Positions 10,101 through 17,403 of a DNA stretch of 37,135 nucleotides are shown here, piece after piece (within the stretch, counting starts at the first letter, position 1; every line of letters begins with the position of its first letter). The notes beneath the pieces are model-generated. The model did no database searches and was not told where the DNA came from. It saw only the letters and a program-made list of their open reading frames with translations. Source of the stretch: an uncultured Thermoplasmatales archaeon (lineage in GTDB: Archaea > Thermoplasmatota > E2 > UBA202 > JdFR-43); assembly GCA_964503915.1 (NCBI GenBank), contig CAZDCH010000002.1, forward strand, positions 1 to 37,135, read 5' to 3'. The position numbers were made by a program, and so were the translations under genes.

Positions 10101-10289
10101 AATTTGATAGGATGGTTTAAAAATGCAACTATGGCTAGCTTATTAGCAGAGAATATAACTAATTGTAGCATTGTTTCCAAGTGGAATGCTATTGTACAAC
10201 AATTTTATTCATATTTAGTTGGTATATCTCCAGATGAATTTGATTTTGAAATAAGAAAAGGAATGGGCATCTTTGTATATATAAACTAA
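7068..10289 (+). CDS. Large surface protein with a glycoside-hydrolase-like TIM-barrel region, a Y_Y_Y-type Ig domain and two C-terminal tandem repeats
   Basis: 1073 aa with no signal peptide of its own. The segment FWGIQTHRGG...AIEITNENSL carries a clan GH-A style NE motif, which is a tentative call. Residues encoded by about 9258-9537 (FSYKLEGYDENWSNWT...YTFKVKARDLAGNED) resemble the Y_Y_Y domain. N-x-S/T sequons are very frequent. Confidence 0.7.
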   Translation: MYFENNLAIPFVIPCNYTFLGEIDNEYLPIYDAPAGKHGFVIEKNGKLYFNDSKRARFWGIQTHRGGIIFDNETNEKIISRIIKHGYNLIKVSAPGWYWYNSSWRDWYDRFFAQMKEKGVYGYIQLAPIALINAMGTNDEAVDYYISNYGNFSNSTDFYSGTYPFKGNEFNICLYTLDKNITNFIKNWFNDILNHTNPYTGNKYKEEEAIVAIEITNENSLTEKWYRRLLTYNNSSIPSYYQNIFDEKWREWLKEKYNNNFTLLVETWDDGTGEVLNDAETNFSNLKRYPDFDNYKPWENIYSKSRTNDLGLFYMHLEKEFFSNISSYIKNKIGAKQLIVFTQSASNTFLFLDTVQKFPYSLNDFHNYYDLPVAHFYEKLVGDDFKRSCIENIDPFIKGWADPIFINFANFRIKDKPLSRSEVNWAFNNEYSYMFIPGLTAYAQLQDVDMVVTFSYMWQQHYDTPWYHEGRITGASSINPTPNVLRVHSNPAILIQNIIAYVSFMRKDIEEAKILEINYSKFFEKGIYDYLKVFTPRQFLENKKIIDESIGLIYKVEKNFNASNSTYSINYINKNETYSCNGVTFCYENRYLLVDNPYIKAIAGKLSNITLKNFAICPKYPSYGSIMFSSLTKDDIINSTKLLLTAIGGVANYGMQFESAGNYEIRWGDRPVMVEVINATIKIPLCNAKVYALNETGEIKKEIETRIEGNWLAFDIEGESILYEIVKEIDTNPPNTIIESGPSGIILNNNVTFTWDGIDDITPNDKLLFSYKLEGYDENWSNWTTIKSKTYVLPYGNYTFKVKARDLAGNEDESPATCSFTIAKTDYILITHRTKNEINDYNISTNFSFIAYSAAFNYTYGFIGFIEANWNCSGANASINATQGKSIKFNSGNENGIVILNIEYNGYNDSVIFKINSSLFSYMLYKGWNLIAIPNNWTAKTLGQNISYCVAISRWNGSIQKYESYLVGISPDEFDFAIENGRGYFIYIKNDTIFSVKDKITNFSIPLYVGWNLIGWFKNATMASLLAENITNCSIVSKWNAIVQQFYSYLVGISPDEFDFEIRKGMGIFVYIN

Positions 10290-11074
10290 TCTCTTTTTAT
10301 TTCAATTTTATCTTCCATGTATATCCTCATTCCATCAATAGCAGCTATTACTGGTATACCAGTTTTTTGGTTTATCCAATTAGCTTGCTGGGTTGCATTG
10401 CTTAATACTCTTAATCCCATGTGAGTTAAAATAGCTAATTCTGGTTTTATTTCTTTTATTAATTCTGCGGCTTCTTCAGTAGACATATGAAAAGGAATTT
10501 TCCCATTTAAAGGGCGAGTTAAACATATTATGAGTAATCTTGCCCCCTTATGCGCTTTAATTAGTTCATCAAAAAGCTGTGTATCGCTTGTATATGAAAT
10601 TGCCCCATTATCAAGGAATAGTTTAAAGCCGATTGTGGTTGGGTCTGAATGTAAAGCTGGAGTAATGCGAATTTCATATAAATCTTTAATTAAAAACTTA
10701 TCATTTGGCTTAGCGATTTTTATTTCCTTTACAATTTTTTTATGATAAAAGGAAATTGGTGTATATCCATCTATTCCATTAATCACGCTTTCGCTTCCTA
10801 TCAAAATACCTCTCTTACTCTTTCCTCCAAGAGTCATTGCTTCTATTAAAATTTCAGCATCTGTATAATGATCTGGATGAGCATGAGAAACAAAAATTGC
10901 ATCTGTTTGCGTTGGATCTAAACCAAGTTCATACATTTTTACCAATGCCCCAGGGCCTGGATCAACGTGCATTAGCAAGCCTCTATCTGCTATATATATT
11001 CCCCCTGTAGCTCTTTTTTGAAATATTGTTGCAAATCTTCCTCCACCAGTTCCAATGAAGGTAATTTTTGCCAT
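10286..11074 (-). CDS. MBL-fold metallo-hydrolase (beta-lactamase superfamily)
   Basis: 262 aa containing the HAHPDH motif (H-x-H-x-D-H) and an N-terminal ITFIGTGGG. It converges on the surface-protein gene with a 4-nt overlap. Confidence 0.85.
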   Translation of the reverse strand: MAKITFIGTGGGRFATIFQKRATGGIYIADRGLLMHVDPGPGALVKMYELGLDPTQTDAIFVSHAHPDHYTDAEILIEAMTLGGKSKRGILIGSESVINGIDGYTPISFYHKKIVKEIKIAKPNDKFLIKDLYEIRITPALHSDPTTIGFKLFLDNGAISYTSDTQLFDELIKAHKGARLLIICLTRPLNGKIPFHMSTEEAAELIKEIKPELAILTHMGLRVLSNATQQANWINQKTGIPVIAAIDGMRIYMEDKIEIKRD

Positions 11075-11148
11075 TAAAACGTAATATTTTTTTGCCTATT
11101 ATATTTTGGGTGTCTGTCAAAAAATTTGTAAATTATAAGTAAAGCCAC

Positions 11149-11240
11149 AAAAATAAAAACAAAAATAAAAATAAAAAAATAAACTAAAAACTAAAAACCA
11201 AAAACAAAAATTAAAAAATTAAAAACAAAAACATAAAAAA
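11149..11240. repeat. G-free oligo(A)-tract array in a divergent intergenic region
   Basis: My hand count over 92 nt gives about 72 A, 11 T, 9 C and 0 G. The tract is a run of A4-7 blocks separated by single C/T or ct/tt. Confidence 0.85.
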
Positions 11241-11266
11241 GCTTAATAATAAATTATTATATACTT

Positions 11267-11890
11267 ATGATGGATATTATAGCATTTGTTGCTGGATTAA
11301 TTGTTGGTATCGTTGCCGTTTCAATAGCTGTTGAATATGCTTGGAAAAAGAGTATTCCAGAAAAAACTTGTAAAATATTGAAGAGATGGGATTTAAAAGA
11401 ATTGGTTAATCCATTAATAGTTGCTGAAAAATTGAATGTTGAGCCTCCCCCAGATGCAAAGATTGTTGTTTCCACTCCTTCTAAATTTTCTGAAAATGCG
11501 AGAGAAAATCCAGATGTTATTGGAAATTTTGCAGTTGGATTAAATAAGGCATTTATATTTGCAGGAGAAATAAAAGATGGACAACTTGTAATTGTTACAT
11601 CCGATGATGATATTTTAAGAGAGTTAAGGGATATGTTTTATGAATTTTATAAAGTAAAAGAAAGAATTTTAACAAAGGTTCCAAAAAAGGGAAAGGTAAG
11701 GATAAGGGGTATTGTAAGGGCAGTTTTTCCATATAGAGATGGCTACTTAATGAGATTATCATATGAGGAAGGAGTTGTAGGAATATTGCTAGAGGAAAGA
11801 ATGGATATAGAAGGAAAAAGAGTTGAAGTGGAAGGGGAGGTAATAGAATATCCATTTATTAAACCAAAAAACATTACATTGTTAGAATGA
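11267..11890 (+). CDS. Hypothetical N-terminally membrane-anchored protein
   Basis: 207 aa with an N-terminal TM helix (IIAFVAGLIVGIVAVSIAV). The C-terminal part is beta-rich (KGKVRIRGIVRAV...VEVEGEVIEY). An ATGA overlap links it to the downstream deaminase gene. Confidence 0.6.
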   Translation: MMDIIAFVAGLIVGIVAVSIAVEYAWKKSIPEKTCKILKRWDLKELVNPLIVAEKLNVEPPPDAKIVVSTPSKFSENARENPDVIGNFAVGLNKAFIFAGEIKDGQLVIVTSDDDILRELRDMFYEFYKVKERILTKVPKKGKVRIRGIVRAVFPYRDGYLMRLSYEEGVVGILLEERMDIEGKRVEVEGEVIEYPFIKPKNITLLE

Positions 11891-13161
11891 GTATTTTAAT
11901 AAAGGATTCAATAATAGTTAGCCAAAATAAAGATAGGAAAGTAATTGAAGGAGATGTATATATTGAAGATGACAGAATAGTTGAAATTGGAAAAATAAAT
12001 GTTGAAGCAGATTTTTTAATTAAAAATAAAATTGTAATGCCCGGCTTAATCAATATGCATACTCATTTACCAATGACTTTATTGAGAGGATATGGAGACG
12101 ATTTACCATTGGAAGAATGGTTAACTAAAAAAATATGGCCAATAGAATCAAAATTGAAAGATAGACATATTTCTATAGCAACAAAATTGGCATTTATAGA
12201 AATGGTTTTTACTGGCACTACTTGCTGCAACGATATGTATTTTTTTGAAGATGTAATAGCAAAAGAAGCTAAAAAATTTGGAATAAGATGTTATGCTGGC
12301 TTTAGCATAATAGATTTTGATACTCCTGAAATGGAAAAAGAGAAATTGATTCCTGAATGTGAAAAATTTTTGAAGAAATGGGCAAATGATGAATTTGTTA
12401 AGCCAGTAATAGCTCCTCATTCTACTTATGCTTGCTCTCCTGAAACTCTTGAAAAAGTTTCAGATATAGCAAAAAAATATAATTCCTTTATTCATATTCA
12501 TTGCTCTGAAACAAGATATGAAGTATATAATGTTTTAAAAAGATATGGCTCTCGTCCTTTAGAACAAATTAAAAAATTTGGCTTGCTTAACAATAAAACA
12601 ATGCTCGCTCACTGCGGGTGGATTACAAAAGAAGAAATAAAGGAAATTGCTAAAGCAAATGCATGCGTTATACATAATCCAGTTAGTAATATGAAATTAG
12701 CAACTGGAGGATATACTCCTTTGCCAGAATTAATGAATGAAAATGCAATAATTACTTTAGGAACAGATGGAGCTGCAAGCAATAATAAGTTAGATATGTT
12801 TGAAACAATGAAATTTGCTGCATTGATACACAAGCATCATAGGTGGAATGCAAGCATTGTAAAAGCACAAGAAGTTTTGGATATGGCAACAATAAATGCT
12901 GCAAAATTTTTAAAATTACAAGCAGGAAGTATTGAAGTTGGGAAAAAGGCAGATATTATATGCTTAGATAGAAATGTGCCAAATTTTTTTCCTAGCAATA
13001 ATATAATAAGCCATTTAGTATATGCTGCCAATGGATATAATGTTAGCAACGTTATAATAAATGGTAAAATGATATTGCATGAAAGAAAATTTTTAAATAT
13101 AAATGTTGAAGAAGTTTATGAAAAAGTTGAAAAGGCAAAGGATGAATTAAATATATCCTAA
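11887..13161 (+). CDS. mtaD: 5'-methylthioadenosine/S-adenosylhomocysteine deaminase (amidohydrolase, COG0402)
   Basis: 424 aa with MPGLINMHTHLPMTLLRGYGDDLPLEEWL and a later HC.E and GTDG. This layout is typical of MtaD/DadD. Confidence 0.85.
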   Translation: MSILIKDSIIVSQNKDRKVIEGDVYIEDDRIVEIGKINVEADFLIKNKIVMPGLINMHTHLPMTLLRGYGDDLPLEEWLTKKIWPIESKLKDRHISIATKLAFIEMVFTGTTCCNDMYFFEDVIAKEAKKFGIRCYAGFSIIDFDTPEMEKEKLIPECEKFLKKWANDEFVKPVIAPHSTYACSPETLEKVSDIAKKYNSFIHIHCSETRYEVYNVLKRYGSRPLEQIKKFGLLNNKTMLAHCGWITKEEIKEIAKANACVIHNPVSNMKLATGGYTPLPELMNENAIITLGTDGAASNNKLDMFETMKFAALIHKHHRWNASIVKAQEVLDMATINAAKFLKLQAGSIEVGKKADIICLDRNVPNFFPSNNIISHLVYAANGYNVSNVIINGKMILHERKFLNINVEEVYEKVEKAKDELNIS

Positions 13162-13662
13162 TTCCTTAATTTTATTCATCACTTTTTTAACGCATTCTTC
13201 AATACTTTCTTTATCTGTTTCAACAATTACTTCTGGATTTTCCGGCTCTTCATATGGGTCATCTATTCCAGTAAAATTTTTTATTTCTCCATTTAATGCT
13301 TTTTTATACATTCCTTTTACATCTCTTTGAATACATACTTTGAGGGGGGCTTTAACATATACTTCAATAAAATTCTTACAAATTGAACGCGCAAATTCCC
13401 TATTCTCTTTATAAGGACTAACAAAGCTACATAAAACTATAACCCCTCTCTCTTCTAACAATTTTGCCATCAATGCTATATACCTCAAATGCTTTTTTCT
13501 TCCTTCTTTTGAAAAATCTGTATTTTTAATATAATCTCTTACAGTATCGCCATCAAGCAATTCAACATCTCTATACTCTTCTAATATTTTCATAAGTTCT
13601 CTAGCAATTGTTGTTTTTCCTGAGCATGGTAAACCAGTAAACCATATAACTGCCCCTTTCAT
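13147..13662 (-). CDS. cysC: Adenylylsulfate (APS) kinase
   Basis: 171 aa starting VIWFTGLPCSGKTTIA (P-loop), with FVSPY and LDGD motifs. An ATGA overlap links it to the upstream gene. Confidence 0.9.
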   Translation of the reverse strand: MKGAVIWFTGLPCSGKTTIARELMKILEEYRDVELLDGDTVRDYIKNTDFSKEGRKKHLRYIALMAKLLEERGVIVLCSFVSPYKENREFARSICKNFIEVYVKAPLKVCIQRDVKGMYKKALNGEIKNFTGIDDPYEEPENPEVIVETDKESIEECVKKVMNKIKELGYI

Positions 13663-15029
13663 TCAATCACCTTTCCTTCCATATGAAGTGGAATTTTTAT
13701 TCCAAATTCATTTAATAAAGTTGGGGCAAAATCATATATGCTAACTTTATTTAATTTTCTTTCTTTTTCAACTGGATATTTTAAAAATATACCATATTTA
13801 GAATGAACAGCATCATCTGGTCCAGTATCATTTCTTTCCAAATGTATTCTATTATGCCCTATTGTGCCTGCAGAACGCCAATATAAATCATCAAAATATA
13901 CCATCAAATCTGGTGGCTGTCCCTTGCATTCTGGATATAATTTCTCTGGCAAGAAAACTTTATTGTCCATTCTATTTCCTTTATTATCTTCAACTTTTGA
14001 AATTTCTTCTGCCAATTCTTTCCTAATTTCTTCATATTCTTCCTTGCCAACAATTCCATATTTTTCTCTTCCTTTCACATTTAAAAATATTCTTGCATAG
14101 TATCCCCCCCATCCCCAAGCAATTGTTCTATTCCAATCAATATTTGCTTTATCAATGCTAATTATTTCTTTAGGCTTCTCTTTTAGAAAGAGCCATTTAT
14201 TTTCAATTAGCCATTCATTAATACAAAAAGCTCCTTTCATTCTTTTTGCTCCATGATCAGATACTATAAAAATTGTTGCGTCATCAACTAATTTCAAATA
14301 TTCTCCCAAATTTTTATCAAGCATTTCATAATATTTTTTAATTACATTTTTATATGGAGAATTTTCTTCATATAAATGATGGTTTTTATCAAAATATCTC
14401 CAAAATGCATGTTGTACTCTATCTAGTCCAATTTCAACAAACCAAAATAAATCCCAATTTTTATTTTGTATTAAATATTTAATTAATTCATGCCTTCTTT
14501 TCGTCATTTCCAATAGATTTTCTAATAGCTCTCCTTTTTTATCTGTTCTAAATTCAACATCAAAAATATATTCTCCAATAACTTTTTCAATTTCTTTCCT
14601 AAATTCTGGAGGATAAGTAAAAGGCTTATTTTTATCTGGAGTTATAAAGCAAGAAATTAGCCATCCTTTTATTGGTAATGGTGGATATGATGGTGGCAAT
14701 CCAATAATACAACTTTTCTTTCCATGTCTAGCCAATATATCCCATACTTTTGGATATTTTTTAAATTTGGTAGCATCAGCTATCCATATATCATTATAAC
14801 TATTCTTCTTTCTATGCCTAAATCCATATATTCCATGTCTTCCTGGATTAACGCTTGTCGCCATCACCATCCATGCTGGGATTGTAATGGGAGGGTCACA
14901 ACTTTCCATAGGAGAATAAATGGAATTTTTTAGCAATTTTCTAAAATTGGGCAAATGAAATTTATTAAATAATAATTCGGGCGTAGCGCAATCCCATCCT
15001 ATTACTAAAACTTTTTTACGCATTTTCAA
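13659..15029 (-). CDS. Alkaline-phosphatase-superfamily protein (type I phosphodiesterase/nucleotide pyrophosphatase-like, COG3379-like)
   Basis: 456 aa with an N-terminal VLVIGWDCATPELL (metal ligand Asp and a candidate Thr nucleophile) and a later IVSDHG motif. It is embedded between the DHH gene and cysC. Confidence 0.75.
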   Translation of the reverse strand: MKMRKKVLVIGWDCATPELLFNKFHLPNFRKLLKNSIYSPMESCDPPITIPAWMVMATSVNPGRHGIYGFRHRKKNSYNDIWIADATKFKKYPKVWDILARHGKKSCIIGLPPSYPPLPIKGWLISCFITPDKNKPFTYPPEFRKEIEKVIGEYIFDVEFRTDKKGELLENLLEMTKRRHELIKYLIQNKNWDLFWFVEIGLDRVQHAFWRYFDKNHHLYEENSPYKNVIKKYYEMLDKNLGEYLKLVDDATIFIVSDHGAKRMKGAFCINEWLIENKWLFLKEKPKEIISIDKANIDWNRTIAWGWGGYYARIFLNVKGREKYGIVGKEEYEEIRKELAEEISKVEDNKGNRMDNKVFLPEKLYPECKGQPPDLMVYFDDLYWRSAGTIGHNRIHLERNDTGPDDAVHSKYGIFLKYPVEKERKLNKVSIYDFAPTLLNEFGIKIPLHMEGKVIE

Positions 15030-15945
15030 TACATTTAACTACATATTTAACAAACTCATTGCATTCTTTTTTTGGTATAATGGCTCCAATAACATTTTTC
15101 TTTCCTCCATAAACATATTTTTTTGTTAATTTAACTAAAGAAAAGATATTTTTTCCTCTAACATATATTTGACAATCATTTTTAAAATATCCCTTATTTA
15201 TTACAATAACATATTCATTTTTTTCCCATAATTTTCTTGCAACGCTAGAAATTACATTATATTTGCAATCTATTTCTTTTATTAAAATTTTCCCAATTCT
15301 TTTTTCCTTCCCATTTAATGCTTTCTCTATTTCATTATCAACCATTTCTTTATTTTTCTTCCATTTTTTGTTATTCAAAATTTCTTCTTTATCCATATCT
15401 TTTAAAATGTAAACTGCTCTTTTTATTTCTTCAATATCTCCTACCTTATAATTTGAATCAATTAATTTCACCATTTCAAGCATTTCTTCAAATTTTATTT
15501 TATTGTTCTCCATAAATTTTTTCAATTTTTTATAAAATCTCGTTTTTATTATTCTTTTTTCCCAATCTCCTACAACACCTAAAAAAGCTAATAAATTTTC
15601 TTTATTTCCTAAATATTCATTTACAATCCAAGATGAAGATGGATATTTTTGTTCATCTTTTCCTTCAATAATTGGATTAATATATTCTATACCATCGATT
15701 TTTTTTGTTAAATGATGGTCAATAATTTTTATTTTTGCTATTTTCTTCAATTTTTTTAGGCTATCTTCATTTAATGCAAAATCAACAATACATATTTCAT
15801 TTTGCCCCATTTCTTTTATTTCTTCTATTTCTTTATCTGTTAAAAAATAATTTCCTATTTTTGGTAAAAAAAGCTCATCATATTTATCATATAAAAGAGA
15901 TGCTGAACAAATTCCATCTGTATCCCAATGGTAAATGATCAACAT
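15016..15945 (-). CDS. DHH-family phosphoesterase (NrnA/pAp-phosphatase-like)
   Basis: Motif I (HWDTDGICS) and the DHH motif (IIDHHL) are present. The track ORF begins at 15969. ATG at 15945 (MLIIYHWDTDG) gives a TAA-A-ATG junction with sat. Confidence 0.8.
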   Translation of the reverse strand: MLIIYHWDTDGICSASLLYDKYDELFLPKIGNYFLTDKEIEEIKEMGQNEICIVDFALNEDSLKKLKKIAKIKIIDHHLTKKIDGIEYINPIIEGKDEQKYPSSSWIVNEYLGNKENLLAFLGVVGDWEKRIIKTRFYKKLKKFMENNKIKFEEMLEMVKLIDSNYKVGDIEEIKRAVYILKDMDKEEILNNKKWKKNKEMVDNEIEKALNGKEKRIGKILIKEIDCKYNVISSVARKLWEKNEYVIVINKGYFKNDCQIYVRGKNIFSLVKLTKKYVYGGKKNVIGAIIPKKECNEFVKYVVKCIENA

Positions 15946-15946
15946 T

Positions 15947-17062
15947 TTAATCAACAAATGGATTTGCATATCCCATTACAATTTCTGCTACTTCTTTTCT
16001 CATCATATTCTCTGGAGGCATTTTTCCTTTTTTAATCATTTCTCTTATTTTTGTTCCACTATAATATACATGATGTTCTTTTCCATGGGGACATATTTTT
16101 TCATTTACTACTCCATTGCATTTCTTGCAATAAAAAAATGATTTGAAAAAGATTGGTGTAATGCCCAAATCTGGAAATTCATTAAATATTTCGTGAGCTT
16201 CATAGGGCTTATAATAATTGCCTACTCCAGCATGGTCCCTTCCAACAATAAAATGGGTGCAACCAAAATTTTTTCTTATAATTGCATGAAAAATAGCTTC
16301 TCTCGGCCCAGCATATCTCATCTCTGTTCTTAAAATAGCTAATACTGCACTATCTTTTAAATAATAATGTTTTATTAATGCATCATATGCATTTATTATT
16401 ACTTCATCTCTAAAATCTCCTTTCTTTTTTTTACCTATTATTGGATTGATAAATATACCATCTACAAATGTTAAAGCAGTTTTTTGAACATATTCATGCC
16501 CCAAATGAGGAACATTTCTGGTTTGAAAAGCAACAATTTCTTTCCATCCTTTTTCCTTGAAAAGTATTCTTGTTTCATATGGCTTTAAATGATATTTTTC
16601 AAATTTTTCTTTTCCTTCCTTAACCAATTCTATTTTTCCTCCAGCCAATTTATTTCCCATTTCCATAACTTTTTTTACTCCTGGATGATGAGCATCTATT
16701 GTTTTAAAAACTTTTTCAGCATATTCTTTTTTATTATATTTATATATGTCTTCGATAGTAAAAGTTGCAATCATTCCATTTCTTGCTATTAATGCGATTT
16801 CATCTCCTTCTTTAATATATTTTGCATTTAAATCAAAAACAATCGGAATTGTCCATGGTAAATCGTTGGAAAGGCGCATGTTATGAAGAATATTTTCAAA
16901 ATCTTCTCTACAAACAAATCCTTCTAATGGGGAAAAAATACCATATGCAATATTCTCTACATCGTGTGCTATTTCATTTCCTATTTCAATTTTTTGCATA
17001 TCCTCTATATTCTTGTTTTCATTTATTCTATAAACAAGTTTTCCGCCATGAGGGACTGGCAT
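15947..17062 (-). CDS. sat: Sulfate adenylyltransferase (ATP sulfurylase)
   Basis: Contains AFQTRNVPHLGHEYV and VGRDHAGVG motifs. The track start at 17071 is TTG. ATG at 17062 (MPVPHGGKL) is preferred. Confidence 0.9.
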   Translation of the reverse strand: MPVPHGGKLVYRINENKNIEDMQKIEIGNEIAHDVENIAYGIFSPLEGFVCREDFENILHNMRLSNDLPWTIPIVFDLNAKYIKEGDEIALIARNGMIATFTIEDIYKYNKKEYAEKVFKTIDAHHPGVKKVMEMGNKLAGGKIELVKEGKEKFEKYHLKPYETRILFKEKGWKEIVAFQTRNVPHLGHEYVQKTALTFVDGIFINPIIGKKKKGDFRDEVIINAYDALIKHYYLKDSAVLAILRTEMRYAGPREAIFHAIIRKNFGCTHFIVGRDHAGVGNYYKPYEAHEIFNEFPDLGITPIFFKSFFYCKKCNGVVNEKICPHGKEHHVYYSGTKIREMIKKGKMPPENMMRKEVAEIVMGYANPFVD

Positions 17063-17063
17063 T

Positions 17064-17312
17064 TTAATCAAGATAACCTAGTGCTCTCAACCTTTCCTTT
17101 ATTTTTTCTTCATCTTCCTTACTAAATACTTCCTCTTCCTCTTCTTCCATACTTGCCAATAATTCTCTCAATACATAAGTAACATAACTTGAAATAGAAG
17201 TAAATCCAGTTCCCTCTATTCTTTTCTTTATTTTTTCTGCTAATGGAGTTGGAATAGAAACTGTTGTATATTTCTTTTCTTCCTTTTCTTCCTTTTCTTC
17301 CTTTTCTTGCAT
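17064..17312 (-). CDS. Ribbon-helix-helix (CopG-like) protein with (EEK)n N-terminus
   Basis: 82 aa. The segment TVSIPTPLAEKIKKRIEGTGFTSISSYVTYVLRELL fits a beta-strand plus two helices, as in RHH proteins. It is the first gene of the sat operon. Confidence 0.7.
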   Translation of the reverse strand: MQEKEEKEEKEEKKYTTVSIPTPLAEKIKKRIEGTGFTSISSYVTYVLRELLASMEEEEEEVFSKEDEEKIKERLRALGYLD

Positions 17313-17403
17313 ATCCTTAATTAAATATCATTATAAAAATTTTTTTAACCCGTGCTATCAACCATCAATCAAAAAATTTGAAAATATTTTTTATTTTCAT
17401 AAT

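Noticed and set aside
11149-11240. The A-tract array as a DNA unwinding element of an origin.
   Set aside because: There are no flanking initiator-binding repeats and no initiator gene. A similar T-tract sits in another divergent promoter region. A promoter or boundary role, or simple low complexity, is more parsimonious.
3314-17357. Shared GC-rich 10-mer acccgtgcta at 3314-3323 and 17348-17357, the second upstream of the RHH/sat operon.
   Set aside because: My rough estimate is that several such GC-containing 10-mer coincidences are expected in 37 kb on two strands. Flanking similarity is weak (only atccttaa nearby).
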